This document shows, in pieces, positions 48,780 through 62,091 of a stretch of DNA of 64,000 nt. Under the pieces are notes generated by a model. It ran no database searches. It saw nothing but the letters and a program-made list of their open reading frames with translations, and was not told the origin of the DNA. The translations under genes and the position numbers were made by a program. Within the stretch, counting starts at the first letter, position 1; every line of letters starts with the position of its first letter. The stretch is taken from positions 124,001 to 188,000 of the forward strand of contig CAUYUJ010000003.1 in NCBI GenBank assembly GCA_963575745.1, in the 5' to 3' direction. The stretch is from Prorocentrum cordatum. Lineage: Eukaryota.

Positions 48780-51500
48780 CTGGGAATTTGAAGGAGGGTG
48801 GTCGAAAAGAGGATTGGCCGAGGCCAAGGCTGCGTAAGCCTCCTCCTCCTCCTCCACTCTTTTTCCTTGTATATAACTTCTCCCTGTCGCACTTCGAAGC
48901 CAATGTTTAGGGCGGGCCGGGCGTTTCGCCTGAGACTTCCCCACCATTTATGACTCGGAAACTTCAACAATGACACAGCTTCACAGATGGAGGGCGGGTC
49001 GTTTCCAACTTGTGGCTCTCGCCCTAACGCGGCGCACATTCGTTTTAAACATTTGCAAGAGCTTCACGAATTCAGGGCGGGTGGTTGTCAAAATGATGCT
49101 CTCGCCTTAGCGCCGCGCACATTCGTGTTAAACACTTGCAAGAGCTTCGCGGATTGAGGGCGGGTAGTTTTCAAAATGTGGCTCTCCCTTTAGCGCGGCG
49201 CACCTTCGCTTTAAAAACTTGCAAGAATTTCGCGGATTGAGGGCGGGTGGTTTTCAAAATGTGGCTCTCGCTTTAGCGCCGCGCGCATTCGTTTTAAATC
49301 ATTGCAGAGGGTTCGCGGATTGAGGGCAGGTCGTTTTCAAGATGTGGCTCTCGCTGTAGCGCCGCGCACATTCGTTGTTAAAATGCAAGGGTCTCACGGA
49401 TTGAGGGCCGGTCGTTTGAAGCATGTGGCTCTCGCCTTAGCGCCGCGCACATGTGTTTCAACAAATTGCAAGAGCTTCACGGATGGATGGCGGTTCCTTT
49501 TCAACATGTTGTTCTCGCCTGATCGCCGCGCACATTCGTTTTCAACATTTACAAGGGCGTCACGGATTCCCATAACCGACGTACCAGAAATGGTGTTGTG
49601 TAAGGATTCAGGATTGCGTGGGCGCAACATGTATGTTGATTCGCGGTGGAAGTCCCAAAATGGCGTTCTGGCAAGATTCCAAATCGTCAGGTCGCAGCAG
49701 TCTGGCTGATCTGTGACGTGGAAATCCCGAGATCAATGTTTTGGCATTCTTCGAGGTCTTCAAACGGTTGTCTTCCAACGAGGCAGTTACTCCAATGGAA
49801 ATGAACCGTTGTGGGGGCCCGCGAGGAGGGGGCTTGGAGGGAGGGTTAATTCGAAAATCGTTGATGACTCTTGGATTTACACTGGTCATCCTCCTCCCCT
49901 CTTCCTCCTCCATTCCTTTTTCTTGTGCATAACTTCTCCCTGTCGCACCCCGGGGCCATTTTTTAGGGCGGTCCGGGCGTTTTGCCTGAGACCTCCTCAC
50001 CACTTATGGCTCTGAAACTTAAAATTGGCAGCGGTTTCACAAATGAAGGGCGGGTGGTTTTCACCATGTGGCTTTTGCCTTAACGCGGCGCACATTCGTT
50101 TCAAACATTTGCAAGAGTTTTACGGATTCAGGGCGGGTCGTTTTCAAAATGTGGCTCTCCCTTTCGCGCGACGCACATTCGTTTTGAACATTTGCATGAG
50201 ATTCGGACGAAGGGCGGGTCGTTTACGAAATGTGGCTCTCGCCCGAGCGCCGCGCACATTCATTCGTTTAACATATTCACAAGTGTCACGGATTCCCTTT
50301 TGCAACGTACCAGAAATTGTTTTTTTTTGAAAGGGTTCAGGACTACGCGGGCGCAACAATTACATTGATTCGCTGCGTTGAAGTCCCAGGAACGGCGTTC
50401 CGGCACGATTCAGGATCGTCAACACGCAACAGTCAAGTTGATCCGTGGCGTTGGAATCCCGAGATCAATGTTTTGACATGCTGCAGGGTCTTCAAAAGGT
50501 TGTCTTCCAACAAAGCAGTTATTCCAATTGATATGAACCGTTGTAGGGGCCCGTGAAAAAGGAGCTTGGAGGGAGGGTTAATTCGAACATCGTTGATGAC
50601 CCGTGCGTTTACACACGTCCTCCTCCTTCTCCTCCTTCTCGTCCTCCTCCTCCGCCATCCAATTTCCTTTATAGCTGGCTCATCTCTGTCGCACACCCAG
50701 GCGTGTTGGTAGGGCGGGCCGGGCGTTTTGCCGAAGACTTCCTCACGGCTTATGGTCCTGAAACGTAAAACATGCAACCTTCTCGCTGATGGAGGGCGGG
50801 TGGTTTTGAAAATGTGGATCTCGCCTCAGCGCTGCGCGCATTCGTTGTTAAGTTCGCATTGGTTTCGCGGATAGAGGGCGAGTCGTGTTCGAAATGTGGC
50901 TCTCGCCTCAGCGCCGCGTGAGGGCGCCTCCATTTCCAAATGTGTTTTTTGCCTTAGCGCCGCGCAAACTCGTCTTAAAATATTGCAAGAGCTTCACGGA
51001 CGGATGGCGGCTCATTTTCAACATGTTGCTCGTGTCTTGGCGCCGCGCGCATTCGCATGAAAAACCTGCAAGAATTTCACGAATGGAAAACGGGTCCTTT
51101 TCAACATGTGTTTTTTGCCGGAGCACCGCGCACATTCGTTGTGAAGATTGAGAACGCCTCGACGGGTTCTTATGTTTGGCCGTCCCAAGAATGGCGTCCT
51201 GGTGCGACTTAGAACCGTCACGGCGCAACAGTAACGTTGATTCGCAGTGTTGCAATTCCAGGGATGACGTTCTGGCGCGATTACGGATCGTCACGACGCA
51301 ACATTCAAGTTGATCCGCGGCGCCGAAATCAAAAAAGTGGTGAATTGACACGATTGAGAATTATCAAAACGGTTGCCTGCAAGCGGAGCACTTCCAGAAG
51401 TGGAAACAAATCTTTGCAGTGGCCAGTGCAGAGAGCATGGAGGGAACGTTTATTGCATCATCGCTTACGAGTCTTGGGTTTACACTTGGTCTCCTCCTCT
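48780..51500 (+). repeat. Three tandem copies of a 0.75-1.05-kb element built on ~83-bp subrepeats; fourth copy ~58790-59745
   Basis: Head ctgtcgcac...agggcgg.ccgggcgtt at ~48884, 49940, 50686 and 58796; internal gagggcgggt.gttttcaaaatgtggctctcgc.ttagcgccgcgcacattcg array; CCT-rich tail. Confidence 0.9.
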
Positions 51501-53314
51501 TCCTTCCTCCTTTTTCTCCTCCCTTTTCCTCCTCTTCCTTCCTTCTTTCTCCTCCCGATCCTCCTCCTCTACCACCCGTGGCAGCCATCAACACCTTGCA
51601 CAACTTTACCGACCTCGACACTCCTGTCTTTGTCTTTTCCGGTTCTCTCTACCTCATTGTGTGTCCAACGCCTGCCGCTGATTTGTCATTCGTCATTAGC
51701 TGCTGCGTCTGCTGCGGTAACCGTTCTGTGTTTCTAGTCGTTGTAGCTAACATCGTTCTGGCCGTGTCCCATAGCCGTTGGATTGGTAAGGTGGCCCGTG
51801 AGAGCGTGGAGTGGTTGAAGGTCACAACCCCTCTGCACTTGCCTGTTTGCTGACTCCTTCGTTCAATCATGCCAACTAGTGGACATTCCTCCCTCCCCCC
51901 TTCCTGCTCCCGGTTGCGGGATAACGTTGGGAGGGAATGGCTCAGGAAACGAGGGCGAGGACGAGGAGAAGGACGAGGAGGAGGACGAGGAGGAGGGGGG
52001 TGGTTTGGCTCAGGGGGGAAACATCGACCTGCAATCGGCGATATATCGCCGATGCATCGGCGGTGGGCCCCTGGATAGCGAGACTGCACTTTCCTGGGCG
52101 GGGCGGGCTGTCAGGCCCCTGTCGGCGGTCAGTGGGCGATCGGTCGGGGGTCGACGCGCCCCCCCGGAGCCTACCCCCGTCCCAGATGGTTTGCGGTTGG
52201 GCCTCGCGCAATGGGGGGGGCGACAAATGGGGGGGGCAGCGAAGGCTGTAGGAAAGGGGCCCTTCAGGGCCCAGAAGGGGGCCTTCAGGCTCTGAAAAGG
52301 ATGCTTTTCTCCACCCCCGTCTTCAATCTCTGTTCCCTTATTTGATGGCATCCAATTGGGGCCATTATTCTGGCAGGGGAGCGTCCCGAGGCAGGAAAAC
52401 CGCCGAAAACCGACGAACCCGACGGAATACCTCGAACGCCGTCCGAAACGAGCCTCCCCTACCCTACCCTAGCGCTTACAGGTCCCGATCCCTTCCCTGG
52501 GAAAAAGGCTCCGTGCGAATCCATTGTTGATGGTCCTGGGGCCCGATGACGTGCCCCAAGAAGCCGAAATGGAGGCAAAACGACCGCATTCGAAAAACCA
52601 TCTCGTCGGAGATCCGGGAAACGCTGCCCCAGAAGAGCCCAGGGGCGTTGCCCTTGACCCTTTCGCCCGAATCGGCTCACGTAGCTGGCTCTCCCGGCGC
52701 CTCCCAGCGCCATGAGTCCCCATGCGTCGAAAAACGCGCCTGGCATAAGGGTCGAAACCATCTATGTGCAGCATTTTCGGCCCCCTGACCCAGCCCCGAC
52801 GGCATGTATTGTTTCATGACGTGGCCCCCCATCGGCCTGGACACATTCCCTTGCGCCGGCTTTTCATCCCGAGCATTTTTTTGACTGCCCCGAAACTCGG
52901 TAAAGCATGGCAGAAACTGAAACATAGCAAATTACTCAGTCCGTGGAGCTACCCACATGTGCATCGCAAGTTTTATGTCATTCCACCGCGAGCGTCTGTT
53001 CATGAGCGCTTGACTATAATAGCGCGTCCACATGGGCGACAGGGCCGACGAAGACGAGTGAATCCTAATGCGAGTGAGTGCGTATGAGCCAGAGTAAGCT
53101 TTGGTATGATTGACTATGAGCCTCCCATGCGCTCCACCTCCTCAGCTGCCAGGCCGTGCCGTCCTCAGCCTGTGGTAATGCGCGTATGTTTTAGGATAGC
53201 TGGCAGTGGGATCTGTAAAACGAGCGTTTAGCCACACAAGGCCATATGTGCATATCATATTGTAGGATAGTGCCACGGCGAGCATTTGTCCACGATAGGT
53301 GTTTGCTCCACGAA

Positions 53315-53805
53315 CGCGCCCAGGGGACCAGCACGCCTCGATTCCTTCCTCCGTGCGTCCAGAAGGTTACGTGCCGGAGCACGACCTAAGTGACCACCAC
53401 GCCTCGACAGAAGGTACGTGCCGGAGCACGACCTAAAAGACCAACGCGCCTCGACTCATTCCTCCGTGCGTCCCCACATGTACGTGCCAGAACACGACCC
53501 AAGGGACCAGCACGCCTCGACTCATTCCTCCGCGCGTCCCAGAGGGTACGTGATGGAGCACGACCCAAGGGACCAGCACGCCTCGACTCCTGCCTCCGTG
53601 CGTTCCAGAGGGTACGTGCCAGAGCACGACCCAAGGGACCAGCACGCCTCGACTCCTTCCTCCGTGCGTCCTAGAAGGTAGGTGCCGGAACACGACCCAA
53701 GGGACCAGCACGCCTCGATTCCTTCCTCCGTGCGTCCCAGAGGGTACGTGCCGGAGCACGACCCAAGGGACCAGCACGCATCCTCATCTCCTTCCTCCGT
53801 GCGTG
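53315..53805 (+). repeat. 66-bp minisatellite
   Basis: cacgacccaagggaccagcacgc at ~53493, 53559, 53625, 53691 and 53757. Confidence 0.92.
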
Positions 53806-53874
53806 CCTCCCCCTCCTACTCCTTGCGCCAGCAAGCCAACTGGCAACCACAACCCCCAAAGAAACCCAGCGCGT

Positions 53875-54510
53875 AGGGGGTGCTGAAACCAGCGCCCAGC
53901 CTCAGACGCCCTCAAAATCTGCCGCGAAAGCAAAGGATGCCGGGCCACAAAAAAGCCAAACCGCTTGAGACATCTCCACAAACTGGTCCAAACGGGCCCG
54001 TGAAAACACTCCTGGCGGCGCCCCTTAGGTGTGCTGAAACCAGCGCCCCGCCTGAGACATCCTCACAAACTGCTCCGAAAGCAAAAGATGTTGAGCACCG
54101 AAACAGGCAAACCGCCTGAGACATCCCCACAAAATGGCCGCGAACGGGCCCGTGCAAAAACCCCTGGCGGCTCCCCGTAGGGGTGTGAAACCATCGCCCC
54201 GTCTGAATCTGCTCTCCAAGCGAAGGATGTCGAGCACCGAAACAGGCAAACCGCTTGAGACATCCCCACAAAATGGCCGCGAACGGGCCCGTGCAAACAC
54301 CCCTGGCGGCTCCCCTTAGGGGTGCTGGAACAAGCGCCCCACCTGAGACATCCTCACAATCTGCTCTCCAAGCGAAAGATGTTGAGCATCGAAACAAGCA
54401 AACCGCTTGAGACATCCCCACAAAATGGCCGCGAACGGGACCGTGCAAACACCCGTGGCGGCTCCCCTCAGGGGTGCTGGAACCAGCGCCCCGCCTGAGA
54501 CATCCTCCAA
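53875..54510 (+). repeat. ~150-bp tandem repeat x ~4
   Basis: gtgctg.aaccagcgccc...aaaccgcttgagacatccccacaaaatggccgcgaacgggcccgtg recurs. Confidence 0.9.
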
Positions 54511-54534
54511 ATCTGATGTGTGTTGAGTAAATCA

Positions 54535-54802
54535 AACTATGAGAAGGTCTGAGTATGAGTAGGTCTGAGTATGAGTAAGTATGGGTATGAGTACGTATGG
54601 GTATTAGAAAATCTGAGTATGAAAAAGGTCTGTGCATGAGTAAATATGTGTACGCGTACGTCTGGGTATGAGTCTGAATATGCGTAAGCCTGTGTATGAG
54701 TAAGTATGTGTATGTGCACATCTGGGTATATGAATAGGTCTTAGTATGAGTAAGTCTGTGTGTGAATAAGTCTGGGCATGAGTAAGTCTGAGTATGAGTG
54801 AG
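54535..54802 (+). repeat. Degenerate tatgagtaagtctgag short tandem repeat
   Basis: Direct reading. Confidence 0.8.
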
Positions 54803-56847
54803 CCCGAGTAGGAGGAGACGAGAAGAGGGGACGATAAGAGGAAGGAGAAGGAGGAGTAGGAGGCGTCCAAGTAATACCAACCCCATCTTAGGATATGGGG
54901 AAGCAACTCCCCTTTTACTTTTTCATGGCCCGGGGGGTCTGGGGAGTCAACCGCCCCCCAAACTTGTCGGCGCGTACAAGTGAGTGGGGGAAAAAGGACA
55001 CGCTTCTTGGAAGGAGGCTGCTTCTTAGAAGGCGCCGGCCCTACATCTATAGATGAGGCCCGCACCGTCTCACAAGCAGGGGTGATCCTAAGAAACCCTC
55101 CCCCCTCCCCCTAACCTCAAAGGGTCTGGAAACAGAAATTCATTCCGTGGGAGGACGAGGGAGAGGATAGGGAAGGGCGAGGAGGGAAGGACAACTTCCA
55201 TTGCCAGTCGAAAAGTTGTGGGGAGTGGGGGGGCGGCACTGGTAGCACTAAAGACCTTCTGAATCTGCCCCCCGTCTGGACGTGGCTGGCCAACGCTGCC
55301 CTGGGGCCCCTTTGCCCGACCCGCGCCTGGCCCCCGCCGCGCCTCGGGCGCCGCGCGCCCTGCCCCTGCGGGCGCCCCCGCCGCGCCGCCGCGCCCGGGC
55401 GCGCCGCCCCGAGCAGCGGCGCCGAGGGGCCCTGGCGAACGGGGCCTCCTCGCGGAGGCGGCGAGGCGGGGAGTGTTTCCCGAAGTCTCTCGCGCCTCGC
55501 GAGCCAGGAAGAGGTCGTTGGGCGTCGACCGCTCCTCTCCCCTCGATCCTCGGGAGGAAGGAAGGGGGGACGGCCGGAACGGAGAAAATGAAGGCCCAGC
55601 TGGGGGTCCGAGGGCCCCCGAAACCCACGCGGTCTTGCAGCTCGAAACAAAAATGTGCCGACTAGGGGGGGGGGCCACACGTGCTCGCGTCGTGAACAAA
55701 CATTCGGACGGGAGGGTTGTTGACAATATCACCAGCCTTTCACGGCGTAGGTCGTCTAGAAAGTTGTCTCTTCCAGCCCCCTTCTTCCCGTTCGGGGAGG
55801 GATTTATCAGTGTTCCCATGTTCGTTTGCAGCCCCTCTCCCAGGCGACCAGCAGCCAACCAGGAACAATGCCGACCCGATGCTAACCATCCCCAACCTTC
55901 CCTGTCAAAAAAAACAAACCAGCCTCACTCTGCCTGCAGATTCGGAACATGCGCGACCAACACGATGCGGTCCCCACACCACCCCTGTCAGAAAAACGAT
56001 GCACAGTATACGTTGGGGCAAATTCTTGAATCATGTTCGTGAGGCCCACGAGCACTTTGTTTTACGTGTTGCCAAGGGCGGCGGGGGTGTCAGCATATTG
56101 CCTGCTTTGCGCAGGGCCACCATCCCTATCGGAAAAACAAAAACAACATGCACCTCGCGGTTAAATCTGGATCGTGCGCGGCCACCCCGCGATCAGTCAA
56201 TCGGTTTTTGCCAGGGGCTGCGGGGGTGGTGGTGTATGGCCTGCTGTGCGCAGGCCCGCCAAACACAATGATGGGTATTGGTTTTCGACGAGGATGGTGA
56301 GGGCTGGCATGTTTCCTGATGTGTGCTGTCACGTGTGCAGGTGCACCTGGGTCGCGCACGTGGGTCCGGTTTGGTTCCCAGTAGCTTCCCACCCGAAGAC
56401 GGCCGCTTGACATGCTGAGGCTCGGGTGTTACTTATGTGTTGGGGGGGCGGGTGGGAATGAGCTAGACGGCTTGCTATGTAGAAGGGTGTCTTGACCCCT
56501 CCCCTGACCCCCTCCCCTGGACCTGGAGGGGGGGTTCCGCGAGGCGCTGGAGCGTCCAAGATGGCCCAAGACGGCTCCAATAGGGCCTCAACGAGCCCAT
56601 GATGACCTTTTATCAACTACATCGTCGCCAATCGACAGCACCCCCCATGCATTATATAACACCAAAAACTGTCGTAGCACCAGGCGTGTCCGCAGGCATT
56701 TGGGCCTCCGGCTCGACAGCGCTTGCGAATCGGCCGCTGCATCACAAGCCTTCTCACAACCAGTGCCCTTCAAAGGAACGCCTAGTGAACCGGGTGCAAC
56801 CCATAAGCCGACCTGTGGTATGCAAACTCAGGAGGTGAACCGTTGTC

Positions 56848-56878
<31 letters not shown>

Positions 56879-57454
56879 CAACAAAAAAAAACGAGCGGGT
56901 GAGAGGGGACGACCCCCCTCCCCCTGCGCCGGCCGTAGGCCAAAGGAAACGCGCTCCTGGGTGGCACAACCACATCGCGAACCAAACGCTCGCAAGGCAA
57001 ATTGGGACACCGCACAAGCCGACCTGCGAGAGGCAAACTCACGCAGTGACAGGTGACCTGACCAATAAATCTACAATGCATGTGCGACAGGAAAGAGGGG
57101 GCAGAGGAAGACGCCGAGGGAGGAGGAGGAGGGGGAGGAGGAGGAGGAGGAGGAGGAGGAGGAGGAGGAGGAGAAAGAGAAAGGACTGCAACGGCCGCGC
57201 CTGCACGGGCGCACGGCCGGACACCTCGGGCGGCGGGCGGCCTCCGGGCCCGAGAGAGGATGGAGGCGACAGGGAGGAGGAGAGGAGGACGCTGGGGGGC
57301 GGAGGGAAAGGGCCGCAAGCGGGCAGGCAAGCAGGGGGGAACGGGGGGAGCACGGCCGCGGGGCGTGAGTCACCTGACCCCGCTGGTTAGGCGCGCGTGC
57401 TGGGGTGGGGCGGGCGGGGGCGGGCCCGCGCCTGCGGGGGCGGGCAGGCCAACG

Positions 57455-57650
57455 CCTTAGTCTTCACCCCCGCCGGGCCAGCAGGCCTGGACGTGGGCGG
57501 CCGCCCGGCGGCGCAGCGCCCCGCCCGCCACGCTGGCCAGGCGGCGGTACCGCCGCGCCCCGTCCGAGCACCCCCTCCGCTGGGCAAGGCGGGTCGCGAG
57601 TGTGCGGAGGATGGATGTCGTCCGGGGGTGGGGCCGCCCGTAGACTGACC
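57455..57650 (-). mobile_element. Probable 3' relic of an RLE-type (CRE/R2-like) non-LTR element
   Basis: Minus frame absent from the ORF track: VYGRPHPRTTSILRTLATRLAQRRGCS...ALRRRAAAHVQACWP then a stop; resembles the C-terminus after a restriction-like endonuclease. Confidence 0.5.
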
Positions 57651-59789
57651 AGACGAGCAGCTGGTACAGGATGTTCTGACGGTCCCTCCAAGATGGCTCA
57701 AGATAGCCTAAGATGCCTCAAGATGGCTCCCAAGATGCAAGAGGCACCAAGAACGCTCCAAGACGGCTCCAGGGTGCCTCCGTGACTTCCCAGGAGGCCG
57801 CCAAAATGCCAAAATTCATCAAACACCTTAGGAACATCAATGAATTCTGCCTTCTCGACTTTTCGCTTCCGATGGCCTTCCGAGGCCTCGGCACAGCTCC
57901 AAGAGGGCCCTATGGTGGCCCCAAGAGAGGTTCAAGAGAGCCCCAAGACGGCACCAAGAGCGCCCAAGCGAGCTCTGAAAGCTCCCCAAGCTGCGCTCAA
58001 AAAGCGATTTTTGGGGCTCCCGAGGGGGGGTCGAAATTGGAGCTCCCATCTTTTTTGATCGATCTCCTCCAAGATGCCTCAAGAGCGCTACCGAGGCTCC
58101 CAAGAGCGCCTCAAGAGGGCCCCAAGAGGCGGCCAGAAGGCCCGAAGAGGCGCCCGAGATGCCTCTAAGAGGCTCCCAAGATCCCCCCCGGAGGCCCCAA
58201 TAGGCTCCCCGAGTCACCCAAAACGCTCGAAGAGACGCCCAAGAGAGCCCCAAGTGGCCCCAAGAGCGCCAAAGAGTGTCCCAAGAGCGCTCCAAGAGGG
58301 ACCCTTCCTCTGTGTGCTGCCCACTTCCCTGATCGAGGCAACTCCTCAAGGCATCCTCTCTGCATGGGCTGGTGGGGTTACGGGAAGCGTCAAGAGTTTT
58401 CAATCTCTGGGGGCCCTTATCGGGCACTGGGAACGTCAACCCAAACCAATCGAAACGAAACAAAATGCCTTGGAATGGGTCGTGACCTCCGGGGGCCGAC
58501 GTATCGAAACCATCAAGACGTCGCATGTCTTCGTTGGGTCCTCGTTCTGAATCCGCAGCGCCGCGCGTCTCCTTGCTCCTCCTGCTCGTCCTGCTCCTCC
58601 TCCTCCTCCTCCTCCTCCTCCTCCTCCTCCTCTTCCTCCTCCTCAAACTCCTCCTCCTCGTCCCGCCGGTACCGACCGTCGCGCCTGCGTTCGCCGGTTC
58701 TGCTGATTGAAAATGTAGTTGGGTCCTCGTTCTGAATCCGCAGCGCCGCGCGTCTCCTTCCTCCTCCATTCCTTTTTTTGATGAATTACTCCTCCCTGTC
58801 GCACCCCGAGGTCAGTGGGCAGGGCGGGCCGGGCGTTCCGCCTTACTTCTTTAGCACTCCTGATCCTGAAGCTTAAGAATCCGCAGCAGCTTCATACATG
58901 GAGGGCAGGCCGCTTCCAAAATGCGGCGCTCGCCTGAGCGACGCGCCCATTCGTTTGTTTAAGTTCGGAAAAGCTTCGCGGATTGAGGGCGGGTGGTTTT
59001 CAAATCGTGACTCTCGCTTAGCGCTTTGCTTGTCTTACAGCATGTGCAAGAGCTTCACGGATTGAGGGTGGGTTGTGTTCACAACGTAGCTCTCATCGTT
59101 GCGCCGCGCACATTCTTTGTTTTCCATCGTTTTTTGGAAGAGATTCACGGGTCGAGGGCATTTCTTTTTCAAAATGTGGCCCTCGCCTCAACACCGCGCG
59201 CATTTTTTAATACAAGTATGCAACAGCATAACACTATAAAACTATGAATTTTCAAAATATGGCTCACCCTGTAGCGCTGCGTACATTTGTTTTGCAACAT
59301 ACGAACTTCGCAGAAGGAAGGCTGCTCCTTCTCAAACTGTGGTTATCGCCTCAGCGCCGCGCACACGTCTTGAACAGTTGGAAGAGTTGCACGGGAACTC
59401 ATGGTCAGCGAACCAGAAACGGCGCTTTGAAACGATTCGGGACTGTCCGGGCGCAACGATTACGTTGATTCGCGGTGCTACAATCTCAGGAATGGCGTTC
59501 TGCCGCGATTCATGATCGTCAGCAGCAGGCAACAGTCAGGTTGATTCTTCGCGCTGACATCCCGAGAATTGTGTCTTGGCACGCTTCAGTATCCTCAAAC
59601 GGTTGTCTCCCAGCGGGGTTCTTCCCTCAATGGAACTGAATCCTTGCAGGTGCCTATGAAAACGGAGCTTGGAGGGAAGGCTTATTCCAACATCGCTGAT
59701 GAGCCTCGGGTTTACACTGTTCCTCCTCCTCCTCCTCCTCCCTCCCCCTCCTTCTCCCTTTGGGCTAGCGGGCTTTTGACTGCAGGTCT

Positions 59790-59941
59790 TACTTCCATTC
59801 CGTTCCCTTCCATTCCATTCTATTCTATTCCATTCCATTCCATTACATTCCATTCCATTCCATTATGTTCCGTTCCATGATGTTACATTATATTGCATTC
59901 CACTCCGTTCCATCCCATCCCATCCTATCCCATTCCATTCC
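59790..59941. repeat. (CATTC)n pentanucleotide satellite
   Basis: Direct reading. Confidence 0.85.
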
Positions 59942-62091
59942 TCCTCTCCTTTCTCCTTCCTCTTCCTGCCCCCACAGGAGACCCCACCTATGGCCGGCCC
60001 CAACGGGGGAACCACATGGCGTCGCCCCGTCCACTTCGGCACACCCCTCACACGATTCCCGCCCCCATAGGAGCTTCCCCAAAGATTCCCTCAAAGCTTC
60101 GCGCTGCACTTCTTTCACAACGGGCGATTCTGCCCTATTCCGGGTGCCCGGGCCATCACAGATCAATCCGACTCGCAATACTTTGCAGAAATAATGGGTC
60201 TAGGGCTCCGGTCGAATTTTTTCGCGAAGTTGCATTTTTCGGAACGTCGGATCTCAGGGTTATCCGTCGCCACCTAGGGCAGCAACTAAACCCAGCCGGG
60301 AAAAACTCGGCCAGGCCGAACTTGGCTTTTTTGGCTCGCCCAGGCTGACCTCGGCTGGCTGAACTCGGCATGGCTGAACTCGGCCAAACTGAATACGGCC
60401 AAGGCCTAGTTCAGCCTGGCCGAGTTCAGACGCCGAGTTTAGCCTGGCTGAGTCGTTCCCTTGCCCTCGGGGCCGAGGCGGGGATTTGGCCATCGCCACC
60501 GGCTGAGGGGTCGATCTTCGGGGACCTCGGCAGGCGGTGGATATGGAGATGTTTTCCCTCCCCAGGGCCTGGATATATCCATATCCATCGTCTGCCGAGG
60601 TCCGCGTAAACCGATCCCCCAAGCGACGGTTGCGGATGATCCCCGCCTCGGCAAGGCGGCGGCGGCGGCGCAGCCGCCGGGGAGCATCCCGAGGCGGGAA
60701 GAACCGCCGACGGCTGGCGAGAACGTGCGAAGACCTCGAACACCTTCCTCCTCGAAGATCTGCTCATCCTTCCTCATCATCCCGCGTCCCTCGTCCTTCT
60801 CCTCCTCCTCCTCCTCCTCCTACTCCTCCTCCCCCTCCTCCTCCTCCTCCTCCTCGTCATCCTCCTCCTGCTGCCTCCTCCCTCCCCCCCTCCACCTTCC
60901 TCCTCCAGCTGCGATTCCTCCCTCCCCTCTCAAGGACCATCTGGGGTCAAGCCAGGCTGGCTCGAGCCAGTTGCTTGCCCTCGATACTCCTGGGTCTGTC
61001 ATACGTGTGTATGTGCTGGAACGCCTCTACGTCGACGTGGGTCTCAACGCTGGGACAAATTGCGGTACGCCTGGCATGGTGCGTGAGCGTGCGCTGGACA
61101 CCTTGCTCCCGATGTCCATGCTGCACGTTGTTGGCTGCCCGTTCTCGGCGGTGTGCAACTCCGTGGGCTTGTCGCTGTCCTTATGCACTGAGCAATGCAG
61201 TGCTTCGTTGTGATTGTTCTGCAGTGGTGATTGTGAATGGTTCCGCTGCTTCCATGTCAGGTCGAAGCGTTATCCATTTCACGACTGGACTATATCCACG
61301 CGCTCGTTTCGTGCGCGCTTGCGTTCTAGCCTGGCCCGTGGCGGTGTGATGACACGAACTTCGGGGTTTGGGGGCGACTCGCTGTCGGAGAAGGGTTGCG
61401 ACCGCGTTGGGACTTTTACGGGATGTCGTCGTGCGTCGTGCGTCGTCGTCGTCGTCATCATCACCGTCGTCGTCGTCGTCGGCGTCGTCGTCATGGTCGT
61501 CGTCGTCATCGTCGTCGTCTTTTTCGTCGTCGTCGTCGCCGCCGTCGTCGTCGTCGTTGTCGTCGTCTTCGTGGTCGTCTTCATCGCGGGGGGCGGGGAC
61601 GTTGTGGACAAGCTGATGATTATCCCGGAGGGAGAGGGTGCGTTCCGCGGGCCCTCCCCGCTAATTTTGCCAGGGGTCGGGGGGGCTTCAAACGGTTCCA
61701 CGACACTCCCCGAGAAAAATGACAAGTCCAAAAGGGAAACAAATCCCCAGTGGCACCACGAAGTATCTAATTCCTGCGGTGCTGTCCCCCAACAAAATGT
61801 TCGAGAACCAACTGGTTGTCTTACGCGCATCCATTCAATTTCCGGAAAAACGATACACACCGGAAAATGTCAGATCTCTGTGATCTCGCGCGTCTCTGCG
61901 CGCGCGCCGTCATAGTAATAGCAGCAGTAGTAGCATTCGTCGTCGTAGTAGTAGGAGTAATGGAAGGAGGTGGAGGAGAAAGAGGGGGAAAGGAAGAAGA
62001 CAAGGAGGAGGAGGAGGACGAAAAGGAGGAGGAGAGAAGGGAGGAGGAGGAGGAGAAGGAGGAGGGCTAGTAGGAGAAGGAATCATAAGAT

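Noticed and set aside
48990..49560. CRISPR-like 83-bp periodicity
   Set aside because: Inter-repeat segments are homologous, so this is a degenerate tandem array
53315..53805. CRISPR-like regular repeats
   Set aside because: The whole 66-bp unit repeats with no unique spacers; no cas genes; eukaryotic context
55700..55850. NPSPNGKKGAGRDNFLDDLRRERLVILST as an endonuclease fragment or exon
   Set aside because: Too short, with no flanking motifs or partner exons
57688..57735. tggctcaag as an SL relic
   Set aside because: Part of the CCAAGATGGC repeat family; lacks the CCATTT portion
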